From positions 862 to 64,861 of the IMG/VR virus record IMGVR_UViG_3300021378_001388: 64,000 nt of DNA; one strand, 5' to 3'. This document shows positions 38,366-46,528 of this stretch, piece by piece. The notes beneath the pieces are model-generated. The model did not search any database. It saw only the letters and a program-made list of their open reading frames with translations, and was not told where the DNA came from. A program made the position numbers and the translations under genes. Source of the DNA: a virus. Its lineage: Duplodnaviria; Caudoviricetes. Positions within the stretch are counted from its first letter, which is position 1, and each line of letters opens with the position of its first letter.

Positions 38366-39784
38366 TCAATTATCATCAAATGGAGTAGACTTTTTTGTCT
38401 TTAACATCGCTCTCAAATCCCTTGAGGCGTTTGTCTTCTCCGGTGGAATAGCGGAGTCACTCATAGTATCAGTGACCGTGTTTTTTCTTTTTAATGTGTC
38501 CATAACTTTTGAAGTTTGGGAATCTTGTGAACCAACTGCTAAATCATCATCTTCTAAATCTGAATCACTAATTCTAAGACTATCTCTGTCAAATACTAGA
38601 TTTATCTTGGAACCAACACCACTAGAACTTCTTGTTTTCAATAATTGTAATTGATATTGGCCACGTTCTCTCATTGCATTACTAGTAAAGATACCAATAA
38701 CATTATCAGCAGTTTGAATTTTAGAGATACCACCAGCAATATGAGAGTGGTCAAACTCAATTTCTTCTACTGCTGAACGATTTAACTGTGATGCAGTGAC
38801 TACAACTGTTTGAGATTCCATTGCAAAGTTACGAATTTCTTCTGTGACATATTTGTCTTTGATAAACAAATCACCTGGATTAACTTTCTTAGTTGCAGGC
38901 ATTAACAAGTCTAAGTAGTCTATACAAATACAATCAACTGTTTTACCTGTTACAATTTGAAGTTCTTTTAGATAAGCCCGAACATCATTCATTGTTCCAC
39001 CAGAAGACATATACTTAATTCTAAGCATACCAGATTTCTTACCAATAGTCTTCACTTTCAACTCAACATCATCTAGTTCTTTAAAGATACGCCTAGTACT
39101 CTTGTCAGTTGCCATCGCATCGATACGCATTGCTGACAATTCTTCTGATAATTCTAAAGTAAGATAGACAACATTCATACCGGCTTCTGCCCAGTTCAAT
39201 GACATATTCTGCATAAACAAAGATTTACCTGAACCAGAACCACCAGCAAAGATAGTTACTTCGCCTCGATTAATACCACCGTAAAGTTTATCATCTAAGT
39301 CTTTCCAACCTGTAGTAATTTGTCCGTTATTGTCTTTGAGCATTTCAAGTCTTGCTCTAGGGTCATGGAAATAATCAGTACCTAAAGACCTTGCAAGTCC
39401 AATCTGGACTGCTTCTTTGATGGTTGTTTCTACTTCACCATATTTACCTTCTTCAAGTAAATCAGCACTATTAACGATTGCTCGTTCAATTGCTTTGTGT
39501 CTACAGAATGTTTCAAACTCGTCAACAAACCAATCATTATGCTTTACTATATCCTCTAGTAGTTCTATCTCTTGCCCGGTCTCTGCTTTTATTTGTTCAA
39601 CAGATGGCATAGTAGAATATTCTGCACTATAGTTTATTAGATAGCCCACAATATCACGGCTTGGTCTATCAAAGTGGCGTTCATCAATTATGCCCATCAC
39701 TCTAGTAAACAACTGCGGGTCTGTCAACATAAATTGAACAAATAATCTTTGTAAGTCTGGAGAATAGTTTTTGACTTCTGACAT
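38366..39784 (-). CDS. Replicative DNA helicase (T4 gp41/DnaB-like)
   Basis: GGSGSGKS, TLELSE, IDYLDL, ASQLNR and LKTR. Confidence 0.93.
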   Translation of the reverse strand: MSEVKNYSPDLQRLFVQFMLTDPQLFTRVMGIIDERHFDRPSRDIVGYLINYSAEYSTMPSVEQIKAETGQEIELLEDIVKHNDWFVDEFETFCRHKAIERAIVNSADLLEEGKYGEVETTIKEAVQIGLARSLGTDYFHDPRARLEMLKDNNGQITTGWKDLDDKLYGGINRGEVTIFAGGSGSGKSLFMQNMSLNWAEAGMNVVYLTLELSEELSAMRIDAMATDKSTRRIFKELDDVELKVKTIGKKSGMLRIKYMSSGGTMNDVRAYLKELQIVTGKTVDCICIDYLDLLMPATKKVNPGDLFIKDKYVTEEIRNFAMESQTVVVTASQLNRSAVEEIEFDHSHIAGGISKIQTADNVIGIFTSNAMRERGQYQLQLLKTRSSSGVGSKINLVFDRDSLRISDSDLEDDDLAVGSQDSQTSKVMDTLKRKNTVTDTMSDSAIPPEKTNASRDLRAMLKTKKSTPFDDN

Positions 39785-39808
39785 TTAGTTTCCTGGAAAG
39801 TTTATATT

Positions 39809-39837
39809 ATTATACAAGTTTTTAGACACTTTGTCAA
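39809..39837 (-). promoter_or_regulatory. Consensus sigma70 promoter
   Basis: TTGACA-17-TATAAT. Confidence 0.7.
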
Positions 39838-39840
39838 CAT

Positions 39841-40494
39841 CTAATATGTTTCAATTAGTTTATCCGCAATTCCGTGTTTGATTGCTTCTTCTGGAGTTAA
39901 CCAATGGTCAGTTTTTGGTGCTAACATATGTTTACGAATATAAGGCTCTTTCTTCCCAGTACATTTCATATAATGTTCAAGTAATTTTTGATTTGTCCAT
40001 TCCATATGAGATTGTGCATCTAACATATCGTGGTACTGTCCTCTAGTTCCACCACTAAATTCATGTGACATTACTGCTGTATTTTGTGTTAGATATCTAT
40101 GTCCCTTTTTTCCAGCCATCATAAGCATAACGCCACAACTTGCGATTGAACCCATGCCATATGTATGTACTGGAATACGTGACTGTTTGATAACATCGAT
40201 AAGATGCATACAACTATCTACATAACCACCCGGAGAGTTGATATACAAGTGAATAATTTTTGGTGCGTCTTTTTCAGGCATCAAGTTATATTCCATAATC
40301 ATCTTAACTAATGGCATACAATTGTCTTGGTTAAATTCTTTGTCCATATGTAACACACCATTTTCCCTTAAGAATTCACCAGGTTGTTTTGGTGGTGCTG
40401 GTGGTTGTGGCATTGGTGGCATCGGCGGTGGCGTCGGTGCTTCTTTAGGTTCTGGTATCACGTTAATTTTAATTTTAATCTCTTTATTTTTCAT
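39841..40494 (-). CDS. clpP: ClpP-type protease subunit with a Pro-rich N-terminus
   Basis: LYINSPGG, IASCG (Ser), MSHE (His), TDHWL (Asp) and GIADK. Confidence 0.88.
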   Translation of the reverse strand: MKNKEIKIKINVIPEPKEAPTPPPMPPMPQPPAPPKQPGEFLRENGVLHMDKEFNQDNCMPLVKMIMEYNLMPEKDAPKIIHLYINSPGGYVDSCMHLIDVIKQSRIPVHTYGMGSIASCGVMLMMAGKKGHRYLTQNTAVMSHEFSGGTRGQYHDMLDAQSHMEWTNQKLLEHYMKCTGKKEPYIRKHMLAPKTDHWLTPEEAIKHGIADKLIETY

Positions 40495-40569
40495 GTTAAT
40501 ATTATGCTCCTACGCTTTTTATTAATAGCAGGTCGTTATGAGTCCCTCCTGCCGATGTGACTTTTAAAT

Positions 40570-41568
40570 TTACATTATTCTTGTTTTTACGCTTATCTTT
40601 GTACTATTACTTATGCGACCATCAATAATCGATTTCAGAGTATATAACTTTCCGTACTCTTTTACTGAATCTGCCGCATCTTTAATATGGTCTTCCCAGA
40701 TTGGAAATGAAACACTCCAACCATTTTCTTGTGCCTGATATATTAACTTCTTACCGGCGTTATCTCTGTCAGGACATACGATAACTTCCCCTTTAAACTG
40801 ATTGATATAATCAATTTGTTTCTGTGATGCTTCGTTGCTCATTATAGCAACACAATCTAAGACTGCGGCATCAATCGTTCCTTCAACTACAATCAAATAT
40901 TCTCTATCTTCTTTAATCTTATCAGAATTATATAAAAAATTCTTTGGTTGCTTTGTCATATATTTAGATTCTGAATTACCTGTAATGTCTCTTCCTGTAA
41001 ATCCGACAATTCTATCACCTTGTGTGAATGGAAATATGATGCGGTTCTTAAATCCAAATGTGCTACTCCAATAAGTATCTACAAAATCATATAAACCTCT
41101 ATCAAGTAGATATTTTGCCGCCATAATTGCACCTTCAGGTGGACTATCTTTGTTAATTATATCTTCTAATAATTCTGAACTTTCTGGCAACTTCATTCCA
41201 GGAAATGATGGTATTCTAGTAGTTTGTGTTTTCGATGTAAACACCCACGGACCATCTGATAACTCTTTTTCTCTTATACTTTCAATCTGTAATCTTTTTA
41301 TCTCACTCTCAGGAACACCAAGCAATCTCATAAACTTAACAAAATTCTTGTTTATGACTTGACCTTTTCTATGAGATGCAGTTATACCACAGTTAAAACA
41401 ATGATATGATACTAAATCACCCTCATTCTTCAATCCACCCCTCATTCTTGTATCAGAACGAGCCTCGCCCTGGTCGATACAGCACGGACAATTAAAACTC
41501 AGCCAACCGCCTGAACTTTGTCTTGTCTTACCGGGAATGAATTGATAAACAGTTTGTTGTAGTTCCAT
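40570..41568 (-). CDS. DNA primase (T4 gp61-like)
   Basis: Zn motifs CPCC and HCFNC; RIIFP, GFTGR; TOPRIM VVEGTIDA and PDRD. Confidence 0.9.
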   Translation of the reverse strand: MELQQTVYQFIPGKTRQSSGGWLSFNCPCCIDQGEARSDTRMRGGLKNEGDLVSYHCFNCGITASHRKGQVINKNFVKFMRLLGVPESEIKRLQIESIREKELSDGPWVFTSKTQTTRIPSFPGMKLPESSELLEDIINKDSPPEGAIMAAKYLLDRGLYDFVDTYWSSTFGFKNRIIFPFTQGDRIVGFTGRDITGNSESKYMTKQPKNFLYNSDKIKEDREYLIVVEGTIDAAVLDCVAIMSNEASQKQIDYINQFKGEVIVCPDRDNAGKKLIYQAQENGWSVSFPIWEDHIKDAADSVKEYGKLYTLKSIIDGRISNSTKISVKTRIM

Positions 41569-41574
41569 CTAATT

Positions 41575-41603
41575 ATAATACAGTATTGGAACTTAAAAGT
41601 CAA
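41575..41603 (-). promoter_or_regulatory. sigma70-like promoter (leaderless primase mRNA)
   Basis: TTGACT-17-TATTAT, 6 nt before the ATG; no SD. Confidence 0.55.
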
Positions 41604-41611
41604 GTGGTTAA

Positions 41612-42415
41612 TTAGTTTCTCATCAAAATTTTATCTATTGTGCCTGTTGCTGTATTTGGGTAGGTAACTCTAAGCCAATTAACGTTTGAACGAACAACAT
41701 AACCTTGTGTACCAGTCTCATTATTAATTGTAATGCTCGGGTCATACATAAGTTCTGGTGTTAAGTCAAACCAATCATTATCCGATGAACTTGGCTGAAC
41801 ACTTAAATCGCCTTCTATCTTTAGAACTCCTGTAAATCCTGTATAATATACAGCAAATGTGTGAAGAGATTTAGATTTGATAGTATCACCTGCACCATCA
41901 AATACAGTAGAGATAAACCTGCTACCATCATCAAAGAATGTTGATGTTGACTGTGAGTCTGAGAACTCTGGATAAACATCATCTAGTACCTCAATTACGC
42001 CGTGAGCATTGTCATTCACATCTGTATAAATGATTTGCTCTACACCATTCTCAACAGTGTACATTGCGAATTGATAAAAGCCCTCGGGGAGTAAGACTGT
42101 ATCTGATGTCGCAATGGCAACTGTTGCCATACCTTTAGTTGCGTTAGTAACTGTTAAATATCGAAAGAGAACATTTTCCCTTGATTCTCTGTCGTACATT
42201 TTCCATATAACAGTTTTTCCAGTAAGGTCTACAGATTTTCTATCTGTGTCCCTAAATTTAAATCTAAGAGTATTGTCGATACCCTTATGCAGTTTGTGTG
42301 TAGTATCGTACATTGGCATATTCCCCAGGTATTGAGACATAGTTGCGTTGTTGTCGCTATCTAAGACAACAACCTCTATATCTCGTTGGTATTGGTATAA
42401 ATTAAAGTTTATCAT
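41612..42415 (-). CDS. Probable virion structural protein (beta-rich, baseplate-like)
   Basis: Beta-sandwich-like sequence; GATAAATA box 5 nt before the ATG. Confidence 0.55.
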   Translation of the reverse strand: MINFNLYQYQRDIEVVVLDSDNNATMSQYLGNMPMYDTTHKLHKGIDNTLRFKFRDTDRKSVDLTGKTVIWKMYDRESRENVLFRYLTVTNATKGMATVAIATSDTVLLPEGFYQFAMYTVENGVEQIIYTDVNDNAHGVIEVLDDVYPEFSDSQSTSTFFDDGSRFISTVFDGAGDTIKSKSLHTFAVYYTGFTGVLKIEGDLSVQPSSSDNDWFDLTPELMYDPSITINNETGTQGYVVRSNVNWLRVTYPNTATGTIDKILMRN

Positions 42416-42420
42416 GTATG

Positions 42421-42460
42421 TATTTATCTTCCAGACTGTGATTTATAGGATGCATAAATA
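42421..42460. promoter_or_regulatory. Back-to-back divergent late promoters
   Basis: GATAAATA on the minus strand (42421-42428) and CATAAATA on the plus strand (42453-42460), 5-6 nt from their ATGs. Confidence 0.6.
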
Positions 42461-42466
42461 TAATTT

Positions 42467-42859
42467 ATGGAAGACGAAAACAAAATAAAATGGCTACAGG
42501 ATAATTATCCATTCTTTTCTTGTGTTAAATATGGCAATAAAAAAGAATATACAGAATACCTTGGAATCATCATTAACAGTGACGCTACAATCACATCAAT
42601 GTACAACTTCGAAATAATCAATACTGCCGAAGCAAGAAAGCATTTTATAGAACTTGGCGAACAATGGTGGTGGGAATCAAATAGATTGATTCCTATAAAC
42701 CTTTTTCTACGTTCTCAAATTGAACCATTCAAAAATTGTATTCTGAATATGAATTCTAAAGATGTCGAAGTTCTTTGGGGACCAGAAACGAGTTTAACGA
42801 ATATTATTCAAAAGAGAATTAAGAGGCGCTCTGTTCAACTTGTTCGCAAAATAGATTAA
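42467..42859 (+). CDS. Conserved hypothetical protein; the only plus-strand gene
   Basis: YPFFS...ELGEQWWWESNRLIPINLFL; has its own late box; no competing minus-strand ORF. Confidence 0.75.
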   Translation: MEDENKIKWLQDNYPFFSCVKYGNKKEYTEYLGIIINSDATITSMYNFEIINTAEARKHFIELGEQWWWESNRLIPINLFLRSQIEPFKNCILNMNSKDVEVLWGPETSLTNIIQKRIKRRSVQLVRKID

Positions 42860-43418
42860 GTTGCACCACGATACTTACTGCATATGCAATTGCGTGTGCT
42901 TTCTTAAAATAATATGAACCATCAGTTGGTTTAATCCAAACTTCTTTCTTAATTGTTTCTTTACTCTCGTTTAAGAGAGGTCTTTTTGCTGGACGTATGA
43001 TTGCTAGAACTTCTGCAAGTTCGATAACACTAGATGGTTTCAACACTCTTAAAACATTAATATGAGCGTGTACGTGTGCGAGATTTTTAACAACATCTTC
43101 GTGTTGCAACAAGTCCCATATTGGCTCTTTGTTTGTTAGTTCATCTAAGTGTTGTTCGTCTCTTACGCCAGTATATAAAGAATTGTTTAGAAAATCTAAC
43201 TTGAAGTATCCTCTATCTTCTGCCTCTTTATAATCAATTGATGAAAGACCCGTAAGTTGGTCAAATGGAATAGGCTGAAGATATACACCGCTGTTATGTT
43301 TGTCATAAGTATCGTCTTTCTTTTTTATAATTGCTGGAATATGCTTGAAGTGGACCAACAGGTCATCTCTGCTAACTACATCAATATCAATATCTGTTTT
43401 TACTACATTCATTTCCAT
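42819..43418 (-). CDS. Miniature DNA polymerase III alpha (DnaE)-like protein
   Basis: DIDID, HNSGVY, GYFKLDFL, LAIIRP and YYFKKAHAIAYA are DnaE palm/fingers motifs, in 199 aa. Confidence 0.75.
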   Translation of the reverse strand: MEMNVVKTDIDIDVVSRDDLLVHFKHIPAIIKKKDDTYDKHNSGVYLQPIPFDQLTGLSSIDYKEAEDRGYFKLDFLNNSLYTGVRDEQHLDELTNKEPIWDLLQHEDVVKNLAHVHAHINVLRVLKPSSVIELAEVLAIIRPAKRPLLNESKETIKKEVWIKPTDGSYYFKKAHAIAYAVSIVVQLNLFCEQVEQSAS

Positions 43419-43729
43419 ACCAAAGCGAACATTGCCGCATCATTTTCATCTTCAAAATATATCTTATCTGATTTTCCTATAACATATATTCCATTACAAT
43501 TGTCATCACACCAATCTACTAGTTCACCTAATCGACCAGCACCTTTTACAATTGGCTTTATTTCATAATCTATCTTATCAGAAGAAATAGCCGTCCATTT
43601 TAAATAATCTTCGTTATCAAAATCAGATGCAAATCTTCTTTTAGGGTTCTTTTCAGGTCCTACTATTCTACGAAGTCTTAATAGACGTTCTTGTGTTCTT
43701 TTGGGATTGCGTCTTATTAACTCTCCCAC
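43409..43729 (-). CDS. Hypothetical protein
   Basis: C-terminal WC..NC...IYFEDENDAAMFALVW. Confidence 0.65.
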   Translation of the reverse strand: MGELIRRNPKRTQERLLRLRRIVGPEKNPKRRFASDFDNEDYLKWTAISSDKIDYEIKPIVKGAGRLGELVDWCDDNCNGIYVIGKSDKIYFEDENDAAMFALVWK

Positions 43730-44211
43730 GGAAACTCCACCCAGATATTTTCTTCATCTAAGTCAATTTCTTCATTACAATAATCCATCGGAACTTTAGA
43801 ATTTGGATTATCAATTAATGATGCAAATCTTACATTTGTATGCCATGCTTCTGATTTGTAGTCTCCTACCATGCCCATTGATTCTTGCCAATCATTCTGT
43901 ATCCATTCCATTGCGTCTCCGCCTCGATTGATATCATCAATAATTAAAATTTTCTTGTTATCTTTTAATGCATCCCTAGCCATAAGGGCATTACGTTCAG
44001 TATTTTCATCAAGTCCATCTGATTCTAATTGTACGCATAATGTTTTCATAGGAATGTCAGTAGTGTGTGAAAGTAAAACTGCTGGTACTAATCCGCCTCG
44101 TGTTATGCCTACGATATAATCGGGTCGCCATTCATCTTTAAACATTTGCATTGCAATTGAATTTACTGACACTTCAACTCCTACCCAAGTGTATTCTCTA
44201 ATATGTTTCAT
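43717..44211 (-). CDS. Type I phosphoribosyltransferase (purine PRT-like)
   Basis: IVGITRGGLVPA, ILIIDDINRGG and WVEFPWE. Confidence 0.85.
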   Translation of the reverse strand: MKHIREYTWVGVEVSVNSIAMQMFKDEWRPDYIVGITRGGLVPAVLLSHTTDIPMKTLCVQLESDGLDENTERNALMARDALKDNKKILIIDDINRGGDAMEWIQNDWQESMGMVGDYKSEAWHTNVRFASLIDNPNSKVPMDYCNEEIDLDEENIWVEFPWES

Positions 44212-44492
44212 TCTATCTCCACGTCTGGTCCAGAAAGTAATGCTTCTGCGGCCTTGTACTGTTTGTAAATATCCTGTAACACTTCGTACTTCTCTAACAT
44301 CTCTTTATCAGGTACAAGAATTGATAAACGATTTTCAATTTCTTCCAGTCTGCTACTCATAGATTTAATTTCATCATCTCTTGGGTCATCTAAATCACTC
44401 CAATAATTATCATCAAGTGTTATTGTAGTAGGCGATATGTAATCATCAGAACTATCTGCATCTAATGTTATCATTAAATCTTCTGGATTCAT
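44208..44492 (-). CDS. Hypothetical protein
   Basis: ATGA overlaps on both sides. Confidence 0.65.
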   Translation of the reverse strand: MNPEDLMITLDADSSDDYISPTTITLDDNYWSDLDDPRDDEIKSMSSRLEEIENRLSILVPDKEMLEKYEVLQDIYKQYKAAEALLSGPDVEIE

Positions 44493-44680
44493 TTCTTATT
44501 CTCCTTTTTGATTACTTGCCAACTTCCATCTGGATTTTCTATCCATTCTAAATCATCGTCTTCGCCCCAACCCAACCTCGCTAAAGTTTCCTTTGGTAAC
44601 TCTATATATAATTCACCAGTTTCTGGGTCTTTCTGTATTAGTAGACTACCGACTACTGAAGTTTCTTTTTTCGTTGCCAT
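44489..44680 (-). CDS. AbrB/MazE-like DNA-binding protein
   Basis: GELYIELPKETLARLGWGEDDDLEW. Confidence 0.6.
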   Translation of the reverse strand: MATKKETSVVGSLLIQKDPETGELYIELPKETLARLGWGEDDDLEWIENPDGSWQVIKKENKK

Positions 44681-45354
44681 TATATACCTGCCTTCTTCAA
44701 TATCATTTTAACAAATTGAACATCTTCTACCCTTGCGTTGAACTTTCGTGTCCAAAATGCGGGCTCTAAATAATCATTTATCAACGTCAACTCGTGGTCA
44801 GAAAAACTATCAATCAATTCAGCACCATTATCACAATTAAAAATAACCCAAGGACTAATGCGTCCTGATTTGATATAATGTATAGCCAATGGTTTACTGA
44901 CTTCCTCAAAAAACTTGTTAAAAGGTCTTTCATATTCTTCACCCCACTTCTGCATTAATAATATGCTTCGTTCTACCGCTCTGTCCGCAGATTCTTTTCT
45001 ATTTAACTCCTGTACATAGGTATTATATACTGAATCTGAAGTCCATTTATCTAATTTTACACTATTTTGTATAACAAAGTCAACATATTCTTCAGGATTT
45101 ATTGCATTTATATTTAGTATATGCTTTCCAAACTTAGTAAAACCTAGATAAAACTTACTTTTTGCAAACATATCAAAGTCAATTGGTTTGCCTGTTGCTT
45201 GTGTTAACTCATAAAAACGATTGAATGCGTAAAATGCCAGTCTGCTATACTTTTCATTTTTATTCATATATCGTCTTTTAGGTTCACAGACGTGGACCAT
45301 TATAGTCTTTTCAGACTTAAACTTTTTTAAACAATATTGACATTCAAAACTCAT
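44680..45354 (-). CDS. Hypothetical protein with an N-terminal zinc finger
   Basis: CQYCLKKF...HVC. Confidence 0.65.
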   Translation of the reverse strand: MSFECQYCLKKFKSEKTIMVHVCEPKRRYMNKNEKYSRLAFYAFNRFYELTQATGKPIDFDMFAKSKFYLGFTKFGKHILNINAINPEEYVDFVIQNSVKLDKWTSDSVYNTYVQELNRKESADRAVERSILLMQKWGEEYERPFNKFFEEVSKPLAIHYIKSGRISPWVIFNCDNGAELIDSFSDHELTLINDYLEPAFWTRKFNARVEDVQFVKMILKKAGI

Positions 45355-45839
45355 TTACTTTTCTTTTTCTTTGCTTTCTTTTTTTCAAAAATTTCACTGA
45401 CTTCTTTGTCAGACATACCCATATCAGTTGCCATTTGTTTCATATCTGAAACATTGTTCATTTTTAGAAACAATTCAACTTCAATACCATTCATTGTAGG
45501 ATATGTTTCTGAAACAAATTGCGAAATAGCATCTTTCTTTATTTTAGAGTTTGGTGCTTTAATCCATTCGTGGTACTGCTTCTTACCTGTTCCAGTCAAA
45601 CACATTAACTTCCAAACTAATTCTTCGTGTTTATAGATATCTCCATAATGCTTGTTTACAAATTCATTCGTATTGAGTAACAAATCATCTCTATCTTTAC
45701 CCTTTGTAGAACTTGCATATCGAATGAACAACCAACTACTCCACGCCTTCTTCTTTTCAGCATCAAGGTTAGCATACCAATTGAAGTCTCTTCTATCAAT
45801 TGCACTTAGTACATCACTTAGAGGTAACTTAGCCGCCAT
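45351..45839 (-). CDS. Clamp-loader small subunit-like (T4 gp62-like; start moved to ATG 45839)
   Basis: LSDVLSAID...WSSWLFIRYAS...NEFVN...YHEWIK; replication-gene context. Confidence 0.5.
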   Translation of the reverse strand: MAAKLPLSDVLSAIDRRDFNWYANLDAEKKKAWSSWLFIRYASSTKGKDRDDLLLNTNEFVNKHYGDIYKHEELVWKLMCLTGTGKKQYHEWIKAPNSKIKKDAISQFVSETYPTMNGIEVELFLKMNNVSDMKQMATDMGMSDKEVSEIFEKKKAKKKKSK

Positions 45840-46032
45840 TACAATACCTTCCACCATGCACAGTAATAAAAAACTGTGCGTCTTTGTCTTCGTTAAAGTA
45901 AAAGTAATCTGCATTACTTCCTACATTATAGCACCAACTATTGACTTTCAACTTTTCTTTACACCACATAAACGCATCCTTGCTTTCGCCTACATCGTCT
46001 ATCGCTATCATGTGTTTATTAGAAGAAGTCAT
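45829..46032 (-). CDS. Hypothetical protein (resembles the C-terminus of 43409-43729)
   Basis: WCKE...FYFNEDKDAQFF. Confidence 0.6.
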   Translation of the reverse strand: MTSSNKHMIAIDDVGESKDAFMWCKEKLKVNSWCYNVGSNADYFYFNEDKDAQFFITVHGGRYCNGG

Positions 46033-46519
46033 AACTGCTCATTTGGTCTGGAATTCGATTTAAGTCTTTTACAAAATATGCACACTTTGGACTATCTCCG
46101 TATTCTAATGGGATTGCAAGAATATGGCCGTACTTCAATTTAGGAAAGAACCATTTCACATCTGCAAACACATTGTTAATTTTAATTGGTTGCCAATCCA
46201 TTGTATACCCTTTTAATGGATTTGTCAATAGCGTATCGAATTTACGTTCATTAATACTTGTTAATGGAATGAATTCTAGTAATCCTAGGTCTGCTTCTCC
46301 AATCATAATATTCCAATCTATTGGCATTTCAATCGTATGTGGGCCAATACTAATACTCATACTAGGCGCACTGAATGTTTCTATAAACACAAGTGGAATA
46401 AAAAAGAAATCTGGGTCATCTTTATCTGTTACATCCATGACACAATAACGAATGTCATCAATTTCTTCTGGTAAACTGTTCATTTCAAAACATCTGTTAT
46501 CTGGTGTTAATATTTTCAT
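46019..46519 (-). CDS. Conserved hypothetical protein (beta-rich, possibly Hint-like fold)
   Basis: AAGGA SD; follows uvsW. Confidence 0.65.
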   Translation of the reverse strand: MKILTPDNRCFEMNSLPEEIDDIRYCVMDVTDKDDPDFFFIPLVFIETFSAPSMSISIGPHTIEMPIDWNIMIGEADLGLLEFIPLTSINERKFDTLLTNPLKGYTMDWQPIKINNVFADVKWFFPKLKYGHILAIPLEYGDSPKCAYFVKDLNRIPDQMSSYDFF

Positions 46520-46528
46520 AGTTGTCCT

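Noticed and set aside
40380-40460. GC-rich repetitive tract at the clpP 5' end (similar tract in the SSB linker near 62920-63050)
   Set aside because: Explained by Pro/Ala/Thr-rich low-complexity protein linkers, not by a DNA repeat element.
40567-40575. Read-through or frameshift fusion of primase to ClpP stimulated by the downstream pseudoknot
   Set aside because: A second in-frame TAA follows the primase stop, and the clpP frame has an in-frame TAG just upstream of its ATG.
44489-44680. AbrB/MazE-like gene as the antitoxin of a toxin-antitoxin pair
   Set aside because: Neither neighbour resembles a MazF, PIN or Doc toxin.
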